Of a stretch of 64,000 nucleotides of DNA, positions 39,722-52,826 are shown piece after piece. A model generated the notes under the pieces. The model ran no database searches. It had not been told where the DNA came from and was given only the letters and a program-made list of their open reading frames with translations. How positions within the stretch are numbered: the first letter of the stretch is position 1; the number at the start of each line of letters is the position of its first letter. Origin of the DNA: Vicugna vicugna (taxonomy: Eukaryota); the NCBI GenBank assembly GCA_013265495.1, contig MU060485.1, positions 1,518,599 to 1,582,598 on the forward strand. The letters are read 5' to 3'. Made by a program: the position numbers and the translations under genes.

Positions 39722-41289
39722 GAGTTCATTCCACTTTGGCTCCAAGTCCTATGGAAAAGTCCCTTCTCAATTGTCTGTTCAAATTGTTGCCTAGTGATCT
39801 ACCCCAGGATCAACCACAACCCAGGATGATTGACAGTGGGTATATACCATACACTTCAGAGGTAATTCCATCGCTACCCACCAGGTCATAGAATGAACCC
39901 ATGGCTTTGATAAGGCCATTAACAATTAACCCAAGATTGGTAAATTTCCTGAAATCCAACAGTTCAGCCTTTCTTATGATCACTTTGTTACTTATATTAA
40001 AACCAGACTGGTGCTAGATATTTTGAGAGCTTTTTAAGTTGAGCTGAATGACTGTCCAGGCTGAATAGAGTTAATAAATCTCAGCAATGAAACTCATTTT
40101 GTTAAAGGCTATCAGTAACTAAGTACATAACATTTTATAGTGTACCTAACATTCTTGATGATTTAACTATAGGCAGTAACTCATATATCTGCTAATTTCC
40201 CGATTTTTTTTTTTTTGCTGATCATCAGAACATACTGGTTATGACTTAGTGATCACATCAGTCATGTCTTCAATAGTAATGAACTTCAATTTGCAGATTT
40301 CTTTCTTAAGTATAAGATACATTATAAGCATACATGTTCAGAAATATTGAGGGTTGATATATGAGTGTGTATGTAGTGTAAAATCGTTGTCTTTACAGGT
40401 TACTACCTTTTACAGGAGATGATGGTCTCACATGGAAACAAATCTTGCATTCAGGTACTCTTTCTTCTTATCACTCTGCTATTAAATAATTGCCTAAAAT
40501 TTGAGGAGTATCTAAAAGAGAATATTATGTAATAAGAATTACAGGACTTTTCTCCAATGTTCAAATTCATATTGACTTTAACTCTTTTCTTCAGAACATC
40601 TATTATATGTGACCATTCATGTACAAATGAGGCTAAGTAATTATGCAGGGTATTAGCATATTTGTGCTCAGTGACGTGAATTCCCAATAACCCTCTGAGC
40701 TTTTATAAGAAAATGGAAAGAAACTGATATCCATTCAGATACCACAAAGGATGCTCTTTTATCTCACTAAGAGGCATTTCTTCAAGCTAACTTTAAGATC
40801 ATAATGTTCAGATGCAAATGCAGGGAAAGTGACAAAACCCCATACTTCACGGTGTCCTTTTGTACCTAAGAGTCTGTTTAGTTCACAGCAGAAGCTCAAC
40901 GGTAATTTGTATTTGGAGTTAGGCAACACAGCCTGGTATTTAGTTCTAGTTTTATGCATTAATTTGCCAAAGACGTTGAGCCCCCTAGTTAATAACTTCT
41001 ACATACCGAAGGCTCAGAAACACATTTCAACATCTGTTGATCTTGGGAGAGGGTCCAAATAAATTGAAAGTACAGAGATGCTATAAGATCCTTGAGAGAA
41101 CTTGCTAAGGGTCTCATGACATCAAGCAAATTTGGTGACATAGCCTGAAGTGTAGGTGGTCAGTGATTCCAAGTACAGAGAGAGGTTGCATTTGAACTCG
41201 TTCTGCCCAAGGCCCTCATGCAGAATACCGTGTGCCTGTGAGTCCTCTTTCCTGTGGTTCTTGGGGCTCTTCACTGCCAGAATTCATCT

Positions 41290-41441
41290 CTGTTTTTTTT
41301 AACTAGCATTTATTGTTTAAATATTTATATACTTATTTGTTTGTTAGTTTGTGTAATGGAGGTACTGCAGATGGAACCCAGGACCTCGTGCATGCTAGGC
41401 ATGTGCTTTACCACTGAGCTATACCCACAGCCCCCACCCCC
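41290..41441 (-). mobile_element. tRNA-derived SINE, camelid vic-1 type
   Basis: atggaggtactgcagatggaacccaggacctcgtgcatgctaggcatgtgctttaccactgagctatac; TSD attcatct at 41282-41289 and 41442-41449. Confidence 0.9.
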
Positions 41442-41551
41442 ATTCATCTTTTAATCTTTGATGCTTTTTGCTCTTCTAACGGTAGAAAAAGCCTTCCTGA
41501 TCCTAAATTTTACTGTTTTAGCAAGGATACTAGCACCACGGTGGCATTATT

Positions 41552-41686
41552 TAGGCTTGGTTACAATGTGTCCAGATTTCACTGGAATCGTCAGGATGTA
41601 CAGTTTGTGCCAGTGTAATTATAAATAACGTCTCCTTTGACTCTCAAAATTGTCCGATTTTGGACAAAAATTATAATTTCACCCTA
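41552..41686 (-). mobile_element. MER94-like hAT MITE
   Basis: gtgtaattataaataacgtctcctttgactctcaaaattgtccgattttggacaaaaattataatttcacccta; about 135 bp. Confidence 0.7.
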
Positions 41687-42539
41687 TTGAGGATCCTGGT
41701 TTTCAATGTTCAGACCTCTTTCCCACGGGGTGCATGGGAACCCAAAGACAGATCATGAAGGCAAAGATTTCTGAGCTGCCTTCCAGTGTCCGCTTGTGCA
41801 ATAGTCTGTGTGATCTACAGAGTGTTGGCGGGTGGCAGTGGCGTGCCTGGAACAGCAGCCTGAGGGTGTCTATGCAGGGATGCTCTGTGGCTGTAAAAGT
41901 GGTCCCTCAAAACTGACAGGCCCACGGGAGGCTCAAAGCAGAGCAGTGCCACAGCATGGGTGGCAATGTCAGAGACACATGTATAGTGACCAAATGTCCT
42001 GTTGGCTTGAAATGATCCAGGCATAAATATTAGTGGGTGCTCATGTAGTGGGTGCTGTTAGTGGCTCACCCAGATTCTTTTACAGGCTGATGCACTCGTA
42101 TCTCAGTAGCTGTGAATGTGGACTGCTGATGGCTTGCAGCTGACACTACACCAACACCCCCCCACCCCGACTTTGCTGAACACATAGGCACATGCACACG
42201 GAAGTGCCCTCAGCTTAGAGAAGAGTGTTTGTCCAGGAGTGACTGATCCATAGTCAATGGCCAACAGAAACAGGTGCAAAAGATCCGCCCCACCCGCTCA
42301 AGACGGGGACACCTTTATAGAGCGATTTATGCCGCAGAGACTCCTGTGGATGAGGCTGGGACTAGACCTCAGTGAGACCACATCCTTGATCAGTTCCTGC
42401 AGCTTTCCTCTTCCACTTCCCTCACTCCCTTATAGGTTTATCCTGAAGAGCTTTCCCTCAGTAAATCAACATGCACGTGGATCCTTATCTTGCAGAAGAG
42501 GGCGGGTGCTTTACTGCTAAGCGACTTGACTTAAAGCAA

Positions 42540-42589
42540 CCTCCTTTGACTCTCAAAAGTGTCCCAATTTGGATGATAAATTTACCCTA
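42540..42589 (-). mobile_element. MER94-like MITE, partial second copy
   Basis: cctcctttgactctcaaaagtgtcccaatttggatgataaatttacccta, similar to 41635-41686. Confidence 0.6.
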
Positions 42590-43309
42590 GACATCAGTCT
42601 AGTGCCGGCCACACCAGCAGAGGCAATCAGAGTGAAGTTTGGACAAAACAGTGAAATTGCAGGAGAGCAGCAGGAAGGCAGAGAGAAATGGGAAGAGACT
42701 GTGGGGCAAACCATATGTCACTCTAGGCATTTCCACAGCAACATCACACAGCAGTGGGATAAGGTCCCGTGTTAATGTGTGAGAACTATTAATCCAGTGG
42801 ACTGGATTGAACTGTGAAAGTGAATATATTTTGTATGATCCCAGGGGATATTGTTTATATAGATATTAATGTAACCCAGATGTTAGTTGAGATGACTCTG
42901 CCCTTTTAAGTAAGATAAGAAGTTTTAGCACAGATTTATTACCTTGTATCTTAGAGAGACCAGTATGGTGCCCCAGCACTCGAGCAAGTTCTGAGTACTT
43001 ACAGTCTTTTTCTGACTGAGTTTTGCTTTTGCTGGACTGGATCTCACTCCCTTTGGCAATATGAAGACCCTTGATGACATTAATTGAGACCTGATTCCAT
43101 GGGCCTCATGGGTGAGGGTGAGGGGCTTAACTGGAAGAGTGGGAGGTGAGAAGTGGAGATATGAAAAAAAAGCTATTTAGAAGAGTTGACTAGAAAGAAG
43201 ATCGGTGAAATGGGGCTGTAGATGGAAGGTGGCTTAGTGTCTAAAAATGACTTTCTCAAATATGGGAAGTATTGAAATACATTTCTATGGGAATAATAAA
43301 AATAGCTCA

Positions 43310-43510
43310 TTCTTATATAAGGTACCATGTGCCTGAAACTAAGTGTTCTAAAAATATCGATTCATTTAATTCTCAATTTTTTATAAGAATCTTTCATCTT
43401 ACAGAGGAAATTGACTTACAGAAGAAGTCAGGAGTGGTCATGCAGCTACTACAGGGTGGGGAGGGGACTTCAATCCCAGCCCTCTATTCCCAGATCCCTC
43501 ATCCTTAGGC
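43310..43510 (-). mobile_element. MIR SINE remnant
   Basis: aaaatagctcattcttatataaggtaccatgtgcctg..catcttacagaggaaattgac..gacttcaatcccag. Confidence 0.7.
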
Positions 43511-45409
43511 ACTGCTTCTCATAAAAATAGGAGTGATCATGTCGGGAGAGAGAAGGTGACGGAGAGAGAAGGGGGGATATTGTAGGGGCAAAATCCTGAA
43601 GGATGAGAAGAGGGTTGGGATCAGTGTGTAGGGGAAGGATCCCCTCCCTTAGAAATCAGAACAGTCTGTCTGCTGGACTGTAGATGAAGGGAGGCTGTCG
43701 GCCTCTGTGGTGACTCTTGTCTAGTTTTGTTCTGCTTATTTGCTCAGCGTAGTAAGAGTTAGGAGTAGAGAGGGTGGTATTGAAGAAGAGAGGAGATGGG
43801 TGAGATACTCTGTGAAATAATGGCCTCATTCCTTTCATTTCCCACCATAGACCTTGAAGAGGATGTCAACCAAGTCGGGGGCCTCATAAGTGTAGGAACT
43901 TGGCTACTCCTTACTGTAGAGCTTGGTTGACGCCCGTCTGTGCTATGGTTACTGTCTTAGTGATCCAGGAATTCTCTCCTTCATGAGGCTTTCTTCTCAT
44001 GGCCAAATTTCATGGAAATGGAGGAATGTCTCTTTTCCAAGAATTTTATTAAGGACACATGGAAATTAAAACAAGGTTTGAAGATGGCCAAGGGGTAAAC
44101 TGAAGCATTTCACATGCCTCGTTAAAACAAAATACCACAACTGGAAAAGAATGAACCTTAAAAATCAATTGTCTGAGACCTCAGCCCAGGAAATTTTATT
44201 TTCCTACAGATTAAGCATGTCTTTCCATTTTCTTGGAAAGAGACTGCTTGTAAAGTGTTTTATGTACAGTTTAAGTGCCCTTGGTGTGGTGTCACAGGAA
44301 AATGGGCATTGCTTTGTGAATGTTCTCTTTCCTTCTTGTTCCCTGTCAAGATATATCTTTAACTACTGATCTATTAGTGCCTGAGATGTTCAAATATACA
44401 AACACATGCACTATGAACATGTTTAAAATTTGGCAAGTAATGCAGTCATCCCTTCTATTACTCCTATTTTCATTTGTAGGAAGCATGCTTGACCTAGGCT
44501 CTTCTGCATATTAGTCTGAACGCCAGGATGTATTTAGCGCCATTTCTAAACCAAAACACACAACCATTCTGAGCAGGAAGCAAAAGGTACCAATGGTTTT
44601 TGCTTCACATGTCTAAATGACTAACTCTATTTAACCAGAGACAAGTTTTCTCAAAGGTGTCCTAAAAGCCATTTGTCTCTTTTGTGTCCAACTGAAATTT
44701 CTAGTGGAAACAGCCAGTGTGTGCTTGGGAACCTAGCCATAGAAGTGGTGTATCTGCACTCTTATAACCTCTCTCCTTTGTGTCTTCTACCAGCATCACC
44801 ACATCCTGCTTGATTGTTGAGGGACAGTCATACTCCTTAACTGCCTTCTATCTTGTCTCTTGCTAATTTCCTGTTGGTAGTATTCTTATACCTCAGCTTT
44901 CATTCACCTAATAGCTCCATTTTTCAGAATAATACTGAGATTTCACATCTCTATGCTGACCTATTAGAATGTGTACCCATGGGTGATGCCAAACCAAGGT
45001 ATTTAAAGAAAAATTTATTGGGCAACTATTAAAGATCACGTTGAAGATTTATATCTGTTGCTGTGGGAATATATGTACAATATTATGTTAAGAAACAAAG
45101 GCAGATTATTTAAGAGTACACATAATATGACCCCATTTTGTATAAAAATTGTCTTTAAGTAGTTTGGAAGGATCAGTATCAGAATACAAACTGGTTATCT
45201 TTGGTAGCATGATGACAATCCAAATCCCTTTGAATTTTATTCATTAATAAAAAGTATTTTACTCATTTAATATAAAGCATGGGGGGCAAGAGGCAAGGGA
45301 TAGTTTTCCTTTCCATGTGGCCCTTTGTCTCTGAGAATTTTAAGTCACCCGGGGAATCTGTGTGTGAAGTGCTTCTCAGCTCTCATTATTCTGTGCATTC
45401 AGCTTAGCA

Positions 45410-45600
45410 TGATGGTTATGGGCCAGGGTTACTTACTGTCTCTGTGAATGTATGCAACTCCCTTAACTTGTATGTACCTCAGTTTCCTCACCTATAGAAT
45501 GGGATAATAATGGCATCTACATCAAAGTGTTGATTTGAGAATTTAATAAATGTAAAAGGCTTAGAACAAAGACCTAAACACAGTAGCTGTTCTTTTTTAT
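45410..45600 (+). mobile_element. MIR SINE remnant
   Basis: cctcagtttcctcacctatagaatgggataataatggcatctac..aatgtaaaaggcttagaaca. Confidence 0.75.
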
Positions 45601-46699
45601 TCTTGTCTATTTCATCCCGGCACATTAAACGATATGCTAGCATCTGAAACAAGTCCGAGAAGTCTAGAATCAATACCTGTTCACAGCTTAGTGGAAGAGA
45701 CAGACAAAGCAGCAGATGATTATAGTAAGTAGGCTGATTGCCATAGAGGGAATACAGAGAGTGGTACTGGAATGTTTAAGAGGGGCATGCCACGCAAAGC
45801 AGAAGCTTCCTCAAAGAAATGACATCATGGAAAAAGGAGGAAAAGGAAGAATCATTATGACGAGGTAGAATTCCAATTATGTGGGCCAAGATCCAAAGCC
45901 AAAGGGCAGCAACACAAGTTTTTTTCCTTCTCTCTACAATCTAACATGTTGTGAACTTGATCTTTTAATTCGGCTTTAAATATCTCGATTCCTCCATTCA
46001 CTTCTAGTATTCTGTGTAATGAAGCCATTACATGCTCCATGTCTTCTAGGAGTAAGGAGAAATTATAATAATTTTTGATAAAGAACACTGAAGACTCATT
46101 TGTAAAATCTCCTTTGGGAGCGGAATGATTAATCCTTGAATAAATAACTTTATAAGCCAAAAGGAAAAAGAAAAGACAAATCTTAGAAAGTTAATCTATA
46201 AATCCCAGACTCTGGTTTTTATTGGCCATTTATTAGACATCTCTTGAAACGGGGAATTTTTTTAAAATTTCAAATCGAAATCTTTGAATGAAAAGGAGAT
46301 ATAGAAGGCAAAGCTAATTCCTGTATTTAATGGTTTAATTAAGATGGAGATTAAGTGGTAGATAGAAAACCTTACTATTCTGGGTTCTAACTAGAGAGTT
46401 AAGAAGATTGTTTTCATTTTGAGCAAACATGCAAACAAAGGAACTCTTAGTTGATAAAGAGTGGTGTGGCCAGATCAGTAAGTTACCTGCAGTATGTACA
46501 ATTATCCTTTGACTCCTTTTTATAACTTCAGAATTTTTTTCTGTAGTTCCTATCTAATATACTTTTGGGGTCTTTCATAGTTTCAGACATAGCAAAAAAG
46601 AGTAAACTTCAGGGACTTCCCTTTTACTTTAGGCACAAATTATTTTAGTCACAGAGAAATACTTAAACAGTTAACCCTTGACATTTTTTCCAACATTTT

Positions 46700-46900
46700 C
46701 CCTTGTCTTAAAATATACATAATATGAAATTTATCACCTTTAACAATTTTCAAGTGTACAATTCAGTTATATTGAGTATAATTATAGTGTCCTGCAACCA
46801 CCAGCACCATCTATCTGCAGAACTCTTTACATCCTACGAACTGAAGCTCTATATCCGTTAAGCTCTATATTCATTTTGCTCCTCTCCCTAGTCCCTTGAC
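46700..46900 (-). mobile_element. LINE-1 3' terminal fragment
   Basis: aaaatatacataatatgaaatttatcacctttaacaattttcaagtgtacaattcagt..accatctatctgcagaactcttt. Confidence 0.85.
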
Positions 46901-49805
46901 TTTTAAATAGTGTCTTCTAAATGCTTTTTTTTTAAATTTCTAAACAGTAATTGGTAATAGCAGCAACACAGTGATGATAGAATTCTCAATTCACAAAAAG
47001 CCTGTTTATAGACTAGTTCACGAGACCTATTTAATTGATAAAATAGACAAATTAATAGACAGGATTAGAAATTATAATAGGCAGTAGGCAGAAGTTTGCA
47101 GAGAATTAAAGATATTCATACAAAAACCTCACTTTATTGGGTACAAGACGATCTCTCAGCAAAACTGGGGAAAGAGCAAATTTTGTGTTTGGTAGCTGCC
47201 GCACCCTTTGTTGTGTTCATCTCTTATGTTCTGATGCTTTTCTCCCCAGTTCCTAAGCACTTACTTCCCTGATACTACCCTAAACCTGAATGGTATGCCT
47301 CACACATAGGTCTGTGTCACTTTCAAAGTACTTCCTTCTTCTTGCACATTTCGGTTGGAGATTTTCAAAAGTGAAGATGAGGGTGTTTTATAGTAAAACA
47401 GGCTTGAAGGAGACCTGCAAACATTTACAAGTCGTTTTTCACATTCTTAGAACCCATGAGAAATCAGAAGTAGTATGACATCGCCAGATGAAAGTGTAGG
47501 AAACAGATTTCATCACACTATGCAAAATAGTAAATGAAGAACATTTAGAGATAACATACTAGTGATGAGATTCATTACAGCCTGGGCTCCTTATCAGCCA
47601 TTTTTCAGATGCCAAATTTGTGGCTTTTAGAGAAGCTACTTTGTTATTAAACTTAAAACATGTTAAATTGTGTTTGCTGCAGTTGCATCATTGATACTGA
47701 ATTTATAAATTTCCTCTAGTCAGAATCTCAGTTTACTTTCTCCATCCATTATCTTTTCCATGTTTTATTCTTCTTGAGGAAACTTCTTGAGGCTGGGGCG
47801 GGTGAGAGTTTAAATTGTAGATTTAGGAGGAGGAAGGATGATTACAAATCCCTAAGGAGGTTATCCCTCTAAGCTTCCATCAGAGATTTGTGAGTTAGGA
47901 ACTAATGGTCCTCATCGTACGGGGAATCATTAGCTTCTCCTGTATACTGTAATAATAATAATACTCATCATTATTTCCAGAGGAATTTCAGGCTTTCCAT
48001 TTTGGGTCCTCACCTAGCGCTGATTAGACAATCTTTAACTCATGAAGTTTGCTGGAAAACTGATGTCCATTTACTTTGTTGATGTGAACTCTTGCGTTTT
48101 GGCAAAGTTTGGATGGTGATAGTTTGCCCTGAGATCTCTGGCAGCATGTTATTTTCTTTGGGGAATGTAGGAAATGGAAAGATTCCCTTTGATATTTAAA
48201 TGTTGAAGATTTGTACACTTCCCAGTGGTGTTTCCTCCCAGTACCCCAGAGTCATGGTGTTTGGCTGCCAAAGACTTGTAAGAAAAGAACAGCTTTTCTG
48301 ATCCATTTATTCCATCTATTCCACTCAGTTCTGCTCATGTGCCCTGTGTTGAGCTCTTCTGTAGCAGAATTGTTGCTTTCCTCTGACTGGTCCTTGAAGG
48401 TCAGCCCTTGCTGAAGGTCATTCCCTCAGCTGACTGTTTCTGTTTCTTGCTGGCTGAGACATTTCAGCCAATGCCTTCGTTGTAGAAAGAAATCATGCAA
48501 CTGTTTTTACAGCATACTTTGTCTGGTAATTAAAATAACGACAAGTACTGCGGTCACAAAGCTGTTCCATTTATTATAGTATACTATTTTAATAATACTT
48601 CAATTCTCAAAACTTATTCCTCTATTGACGACTGTGCTGAAACACACAATTTACTCTCATACTTGGAGAATAGTTTCCATTAAGGGTTAGATGTTTAAAA
48701 GGCATATTTTTCAGTGACACTAACTCTTTTCTTCTTACTCTATTATTTTAATCATTGCTGCCCTGGGTTAATAACTGTGACATCATCACGTCAGTAATTC
48801 TTACAGGTATAATGCCAAGTTATGTTATGCTTTTCAGCTCAAAACATTGCCATAGGATAAAACTAAATCGGGGTTAAAGAAACAATATAAAAGTAAATCA
48901 GAACAGACATTTATAGGGAAGAAATAATATTTTTATTGAATGGCCTACAGCAGCAGTGATGTTCAGAAATGGGAAAATGCCATCTTAAGAAAAATAGACA
49001 AATAATAGGAGACTTAGTTTGAAGAACCAAATACTTGAAATTCATAAGTTTTCTCAGTGTTATAAAACTTTTTTTTTATCCAAAAGAGAGGCAGTTATTT
49101 CCTTATACACTAAGTCTGGTCTATATAAAACAGAGTGAAATTATGGAGTAAGCTGATTAGTTTAAGCAGCTGATCTAAATTAGTCTTGTACACCTTTACC
49201 CTCTGTATGTTTGGCTTCTCTATGTATTTGGCATCTGTTATTTATCTCAGTTAATGATGAATATGGGCAAAGATCTCTAGACTTAGATTATGACTGTACC
49301 TACCCAGGCCTAATGATAGAAGCTGAGATATTTTCTGACCATCCAGTTATGCCGTCATAATAGCTACTCAGTGTGATTTACTTCTAGGGGAGACAGCGTG
49401 ATTGGAGGAATAGTAACCATTAAATAAAACTATTGCTGCTACTATGCCCTATTTCAGTTACTGAAAATACTAGCTTCAGAGTTATTTGACACAGTTATAG
49501 TGAACCATTCTAAAATGGTCTGGGGTATTCAGGCAAAGCCTATGAAGCCTTCGGCCGAAAAAGTTTTACATTAAGGCTGAACCTGGCTCTACACATTAGT
49601 TGCATTTACATGACAATTCACTAATTATTTATTTTATAAACTTTGGTCTGTGTCCTACAATGACTGGAAGGGTTTGTGGGCTCAGCTTATAACTGAAATA
49701 ATCCAGTGATTATCCACAGTCAGTTATATCTACACTTAGTCCCCAGAGCTCAGTGCACAAGCATTTATTTGCTAAAGGAAGCCTGAAACTCTCTTCCTTT
49801 CTTTT

Positions 49806-49900
49806 TAATTTTAAAATTTTGTTAAATTTATTTTTTAATTGAAATACAGTTGGTTTACAATGTTGTTAGTTTCTAGTGTTCAGCAAGTATGATTCAGTTT

Positions 49901-49933
<33 letters not shown>

Positions 49934-50342
49934 ATTCTTATTCCTAGTCTTTTCTGTTATGTTTATTACAGGATATTGAATATAGTTCCCTGTACTATAC
50001 AGTAGAATCTTGCTATGAGTCCCATTCCTGGGTATATATCTAGGGAAAAGTATCATTTGAAAAGATACATGCACCCCAATGCTCATAGCAGCACTGTATA
50101 CAATAGCCAAGACATGGAAACAACCTAAATATCCATCAACAGATGGACTGGACAAAGAAGCTGTGGTATATTTATGCAATGGAATACTACTCAGCCATAA
50201 AAAAGAATAAAATAATGCGATTTTGTAGCAACATGGATGGACCTGGAGATTGTCATACTAAGTGAAGTAAGTCAAACAGAAAGCCAAATATCATATGATA
50301 TCATTTGTATGTGGCATCCAAAAAATGACACGAATGAACTCT
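49806..50342 (-). mobile_element. 5'-truncated LINE-1 with 5' inversion (twin-priming structure) and internal (TA)n(TG)n
   Basis: 49806-50012 is an antisense 3' end; 50013-50340 is sense ORF2-end/3' UTR; imperfect TSD tcttcctttctttt (49792-49805) / tctttctttctttt (50343-50356). Confidence 0.85.
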
Positions 50343-51409
50343 TCTTTCTTTCTTTTCTACTCTGTTCTCTCCCTTTTGGCTGCTACTTCTGTTTGCCCTT
50401 AGCTTTTTGTGCCCCAGGCCAAATTCCATTTATTCTTTGAGACCAAGGCTCTAAAATCCTGCTTGTTCTCATATACGGAACTGAATTTACTACACCCAGA
50501 GTTGACTTTACTAAGAGCAGAGCCTTCCTTTTTATACTTTAGATATGGGGGGGAAAATCTTTGCATTTCTGATTTTTTAATTTAATTGTGTATGGGCAAA
50601 ACTATCCTCTTAGGAACATCTCACCAACAGGATTTTCTACTTGCAAATGGAATTTTTAAAATCTGTTGATGTGATACATGCCGTCGAACACTAGTTCTTG
50701 ACAAAGAGGGCTCCTTTCCTGCTGTTTTGAGACTTCATCAGTCACATTTGCTGATGGAGGTCATAAAGCAGCACTGAAAACAGTAAGTTTAAAACATTCA
50801 GAAGAGCGCTGAAAGGTTTGAAGTTGAGGTTGGAAGGGCACACAATTAGCTGGGTAGGTTTTGGTCACAAGGTGTTGATGGAAGACTACAGTATCTTAAA
50901 AAGCATTTCATTGACTTTCAAAGAGAAAAAAGATCTAAGATAGGAGCAATAAACTGTATGCTTCACACCTTCACCTGATGGAGAAATGTGAGACTGTTGA
51001 AGGGACACTGCAAGAGGATAACAGGAGAGCTTATGTGGCAGTTCTAAGAGCCTGGTCATTAGCGGATTGATTATTGTATGCAAATCTGTATTTACTATCG
51101 GAGAATCACTGACTTTTGACAAAGTCCTCCAGGCCTTTCTTAAAGCACAGAAGAAGCATCCCTAACACATCTGGGAGGCACCAAGGGTCAGAAAGGGCCG
51201 AGGCATTAACATTTGCTGTATGTATTCTGGAAAGTGGCAATAAGATATCTTGTTGTAATTCACATGGAATTTCTTTGAAAATATTATTCTGTCTCTTGCC
51301 ATATTTAGTATTTTTAAAATTGTCTAATATTGTCTAGAGAAGGAAAAGTATGTGAATGTGTGGCTTCCAGATTCCTTCCAACTACCTTGCTATTGTCAGT
51401 TTAAATCAT

Positions 51410-51640
51410 CAAAGTGACAGTTATCGTTTTTTGAGCTTTTATTAAGTGTGAGGTATTATACTAAGAATTCTATATTCCTTCTTATTTTTATCCTGGAAAT
51501 ACTCTCTTAATGCTATTATTATCTCGATTTAACAGAGAAGGAAATGGAAATAATGAACTTAAGCAATGTAAGTAGGCAAGTCATACAGGATTACACAGTC
51601 AGCAGAGGTTATCCTGGTCCTTTTTACCTTTCAAGGTCTG
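51410..51640 (-). mobile_element. MIR SINE remnant
   Basis: ttttttgagctttttattaagtgtgaggtattatactaag..attattatctcgatttaacagagaaggaaatgga. Confidence 0.6.
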
Positions 51641-51934
51641 TCAAGGGCTATAACTCTCTGCAGAATTGAATTACAAGCTAAAATGAAAAAAAAAATTATA
51701 CCTTGAGTCTTCTAAAAAAATTATAGGTAAAATGCCTAAAACATTAGCTGTCTGTAGAGAAATATAGGGAAAAACAGACTTCAGACATATATGAGGCCTG
51801 TAAAAGTGCAAGTCAAATATAAATGTAAAATTTTTATTTTTGCACATTTGTATTTCTTAGCTAGAACACTAATTTGATTCATGTTTATTTAGTTCATCTA
51901 TTATATACCAGATATTCTGCTAGATCCTGGAAGA

Positions 51935-51958
51935 GTGTGTGTGTGTGTGTGTGTGTGT
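51935..51958. repeat. (GT)12 microsatellite
   Basis: Perfect dinucleotide run. Confidence 0.95.
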
Positions 51959-52377
51959 CTATCTATTCTTAACTTCAGTGAGTTAACTCTCTACAAAAGG
52001 AAGCAGAAACAAAGTAGTAAACCAAAAACTTACACATTGAGATAAGGACTATGAAGAAAACAAATGTGTTTGTGAGAGATAATAACAGACAAAAAGAACT
52101 AATTTAGGGAAATCTACCCTAAGAGTAAAACTTTAGGTGGAACTGAAGAATTAAAAAACAAATGAAAAAAATAAAATTCAAAGTCCTCACAGAAGGATGC
52201 TTGGAGTCATGGAAGAATCCGAAGACCACCAGGGCTGGAATATGGTTAACAGATAAGTTGATTTGAATGATGGTGGGTTAAGAATGCAGTTAAGCATTTC
52301 CAGTTATATCAAATGATTTCAGGAAGTAAAGCTTAAGGGATCTGATTATCAAAGGAGGCTTAATTTTATAGGCTCAC

Positions 52378-52758
52378 TGTGAGCTGGCCTTGAGATGAGT
52401 TAAGGCCGTGGGACCCAAGGCCACGATCAGAGCATGTTTGTAGTATGCAGTAAATAATTGCTCCACGCATGCGTCAATTATATAAGGTTTAGAACAAGGA
52501 AAATAGAAGTACGCATGTGCTAGAGATATTCTGTAAGCCTAATGAACAAAGAAACTCAGACCGCGCATGTGCTGACAGAAAACAGATAAAAGCGGGACAG
52601 GTGCATAATAGGCGCGCACCTCCCTGTGGCAATAAAGTGTTGTTAACCCCATGGTGTCTCCGGCTGAAGTCTGTCTGGCGGTACGGCAACTCCTCATGCA
52701 TTTTTTCGTTTGGGCCGCTCACCTCCCAGAACTCCACGTCAGCCTCCCTTGGCTGACA
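52378..52758 (+). repeat. 5' LTR (381 bp, TG...CA)
   Basis: Direct repeat of 58414-58795; TATA-like GATAAAA 52585-52591; AATAAA 52631-52636. Confidence 0.97.
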
Positions 52759-52760
52759 CT

Positions 52761-52778
52761 TTGCACTGTGAGCAGGAT
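52761..52778 (+). promoter_or_regulatory. Primer binding site, tRNA-Ser(CGA)
   Basis: ttgcactgtgagcaggat is 16/18 identical to TGGCGCTGTGAGCAGGAT, the complement of the remembered tRNA-Ser(CGA) 3' end; it lies 2 nt after the LTR. Confidence 0.85.
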
Positions 52779-52787
52779 GAGGTGAGT
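52779..52787 (+). promoter_or_regulatory. Major splice donor GAG/GTGAGT (intron would start at 52782)
   Basis: Near-perfect U1 consensus immediately 3' of the PBS and upstream of gag. Confidence 0.75.
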
Positions 52788-52826
52788 GCCCCCTCTGAAT
52801 CCCCTGCCCCTGACGGGGATGCTCTG

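Noticed and set aside
40396-40455. Possible 39-nt micro-exon (ttttacag/gagatg..cattcag/gtactc)
   Set aside because: Weak donor and unrecognised peptide; such matches are common by chance.
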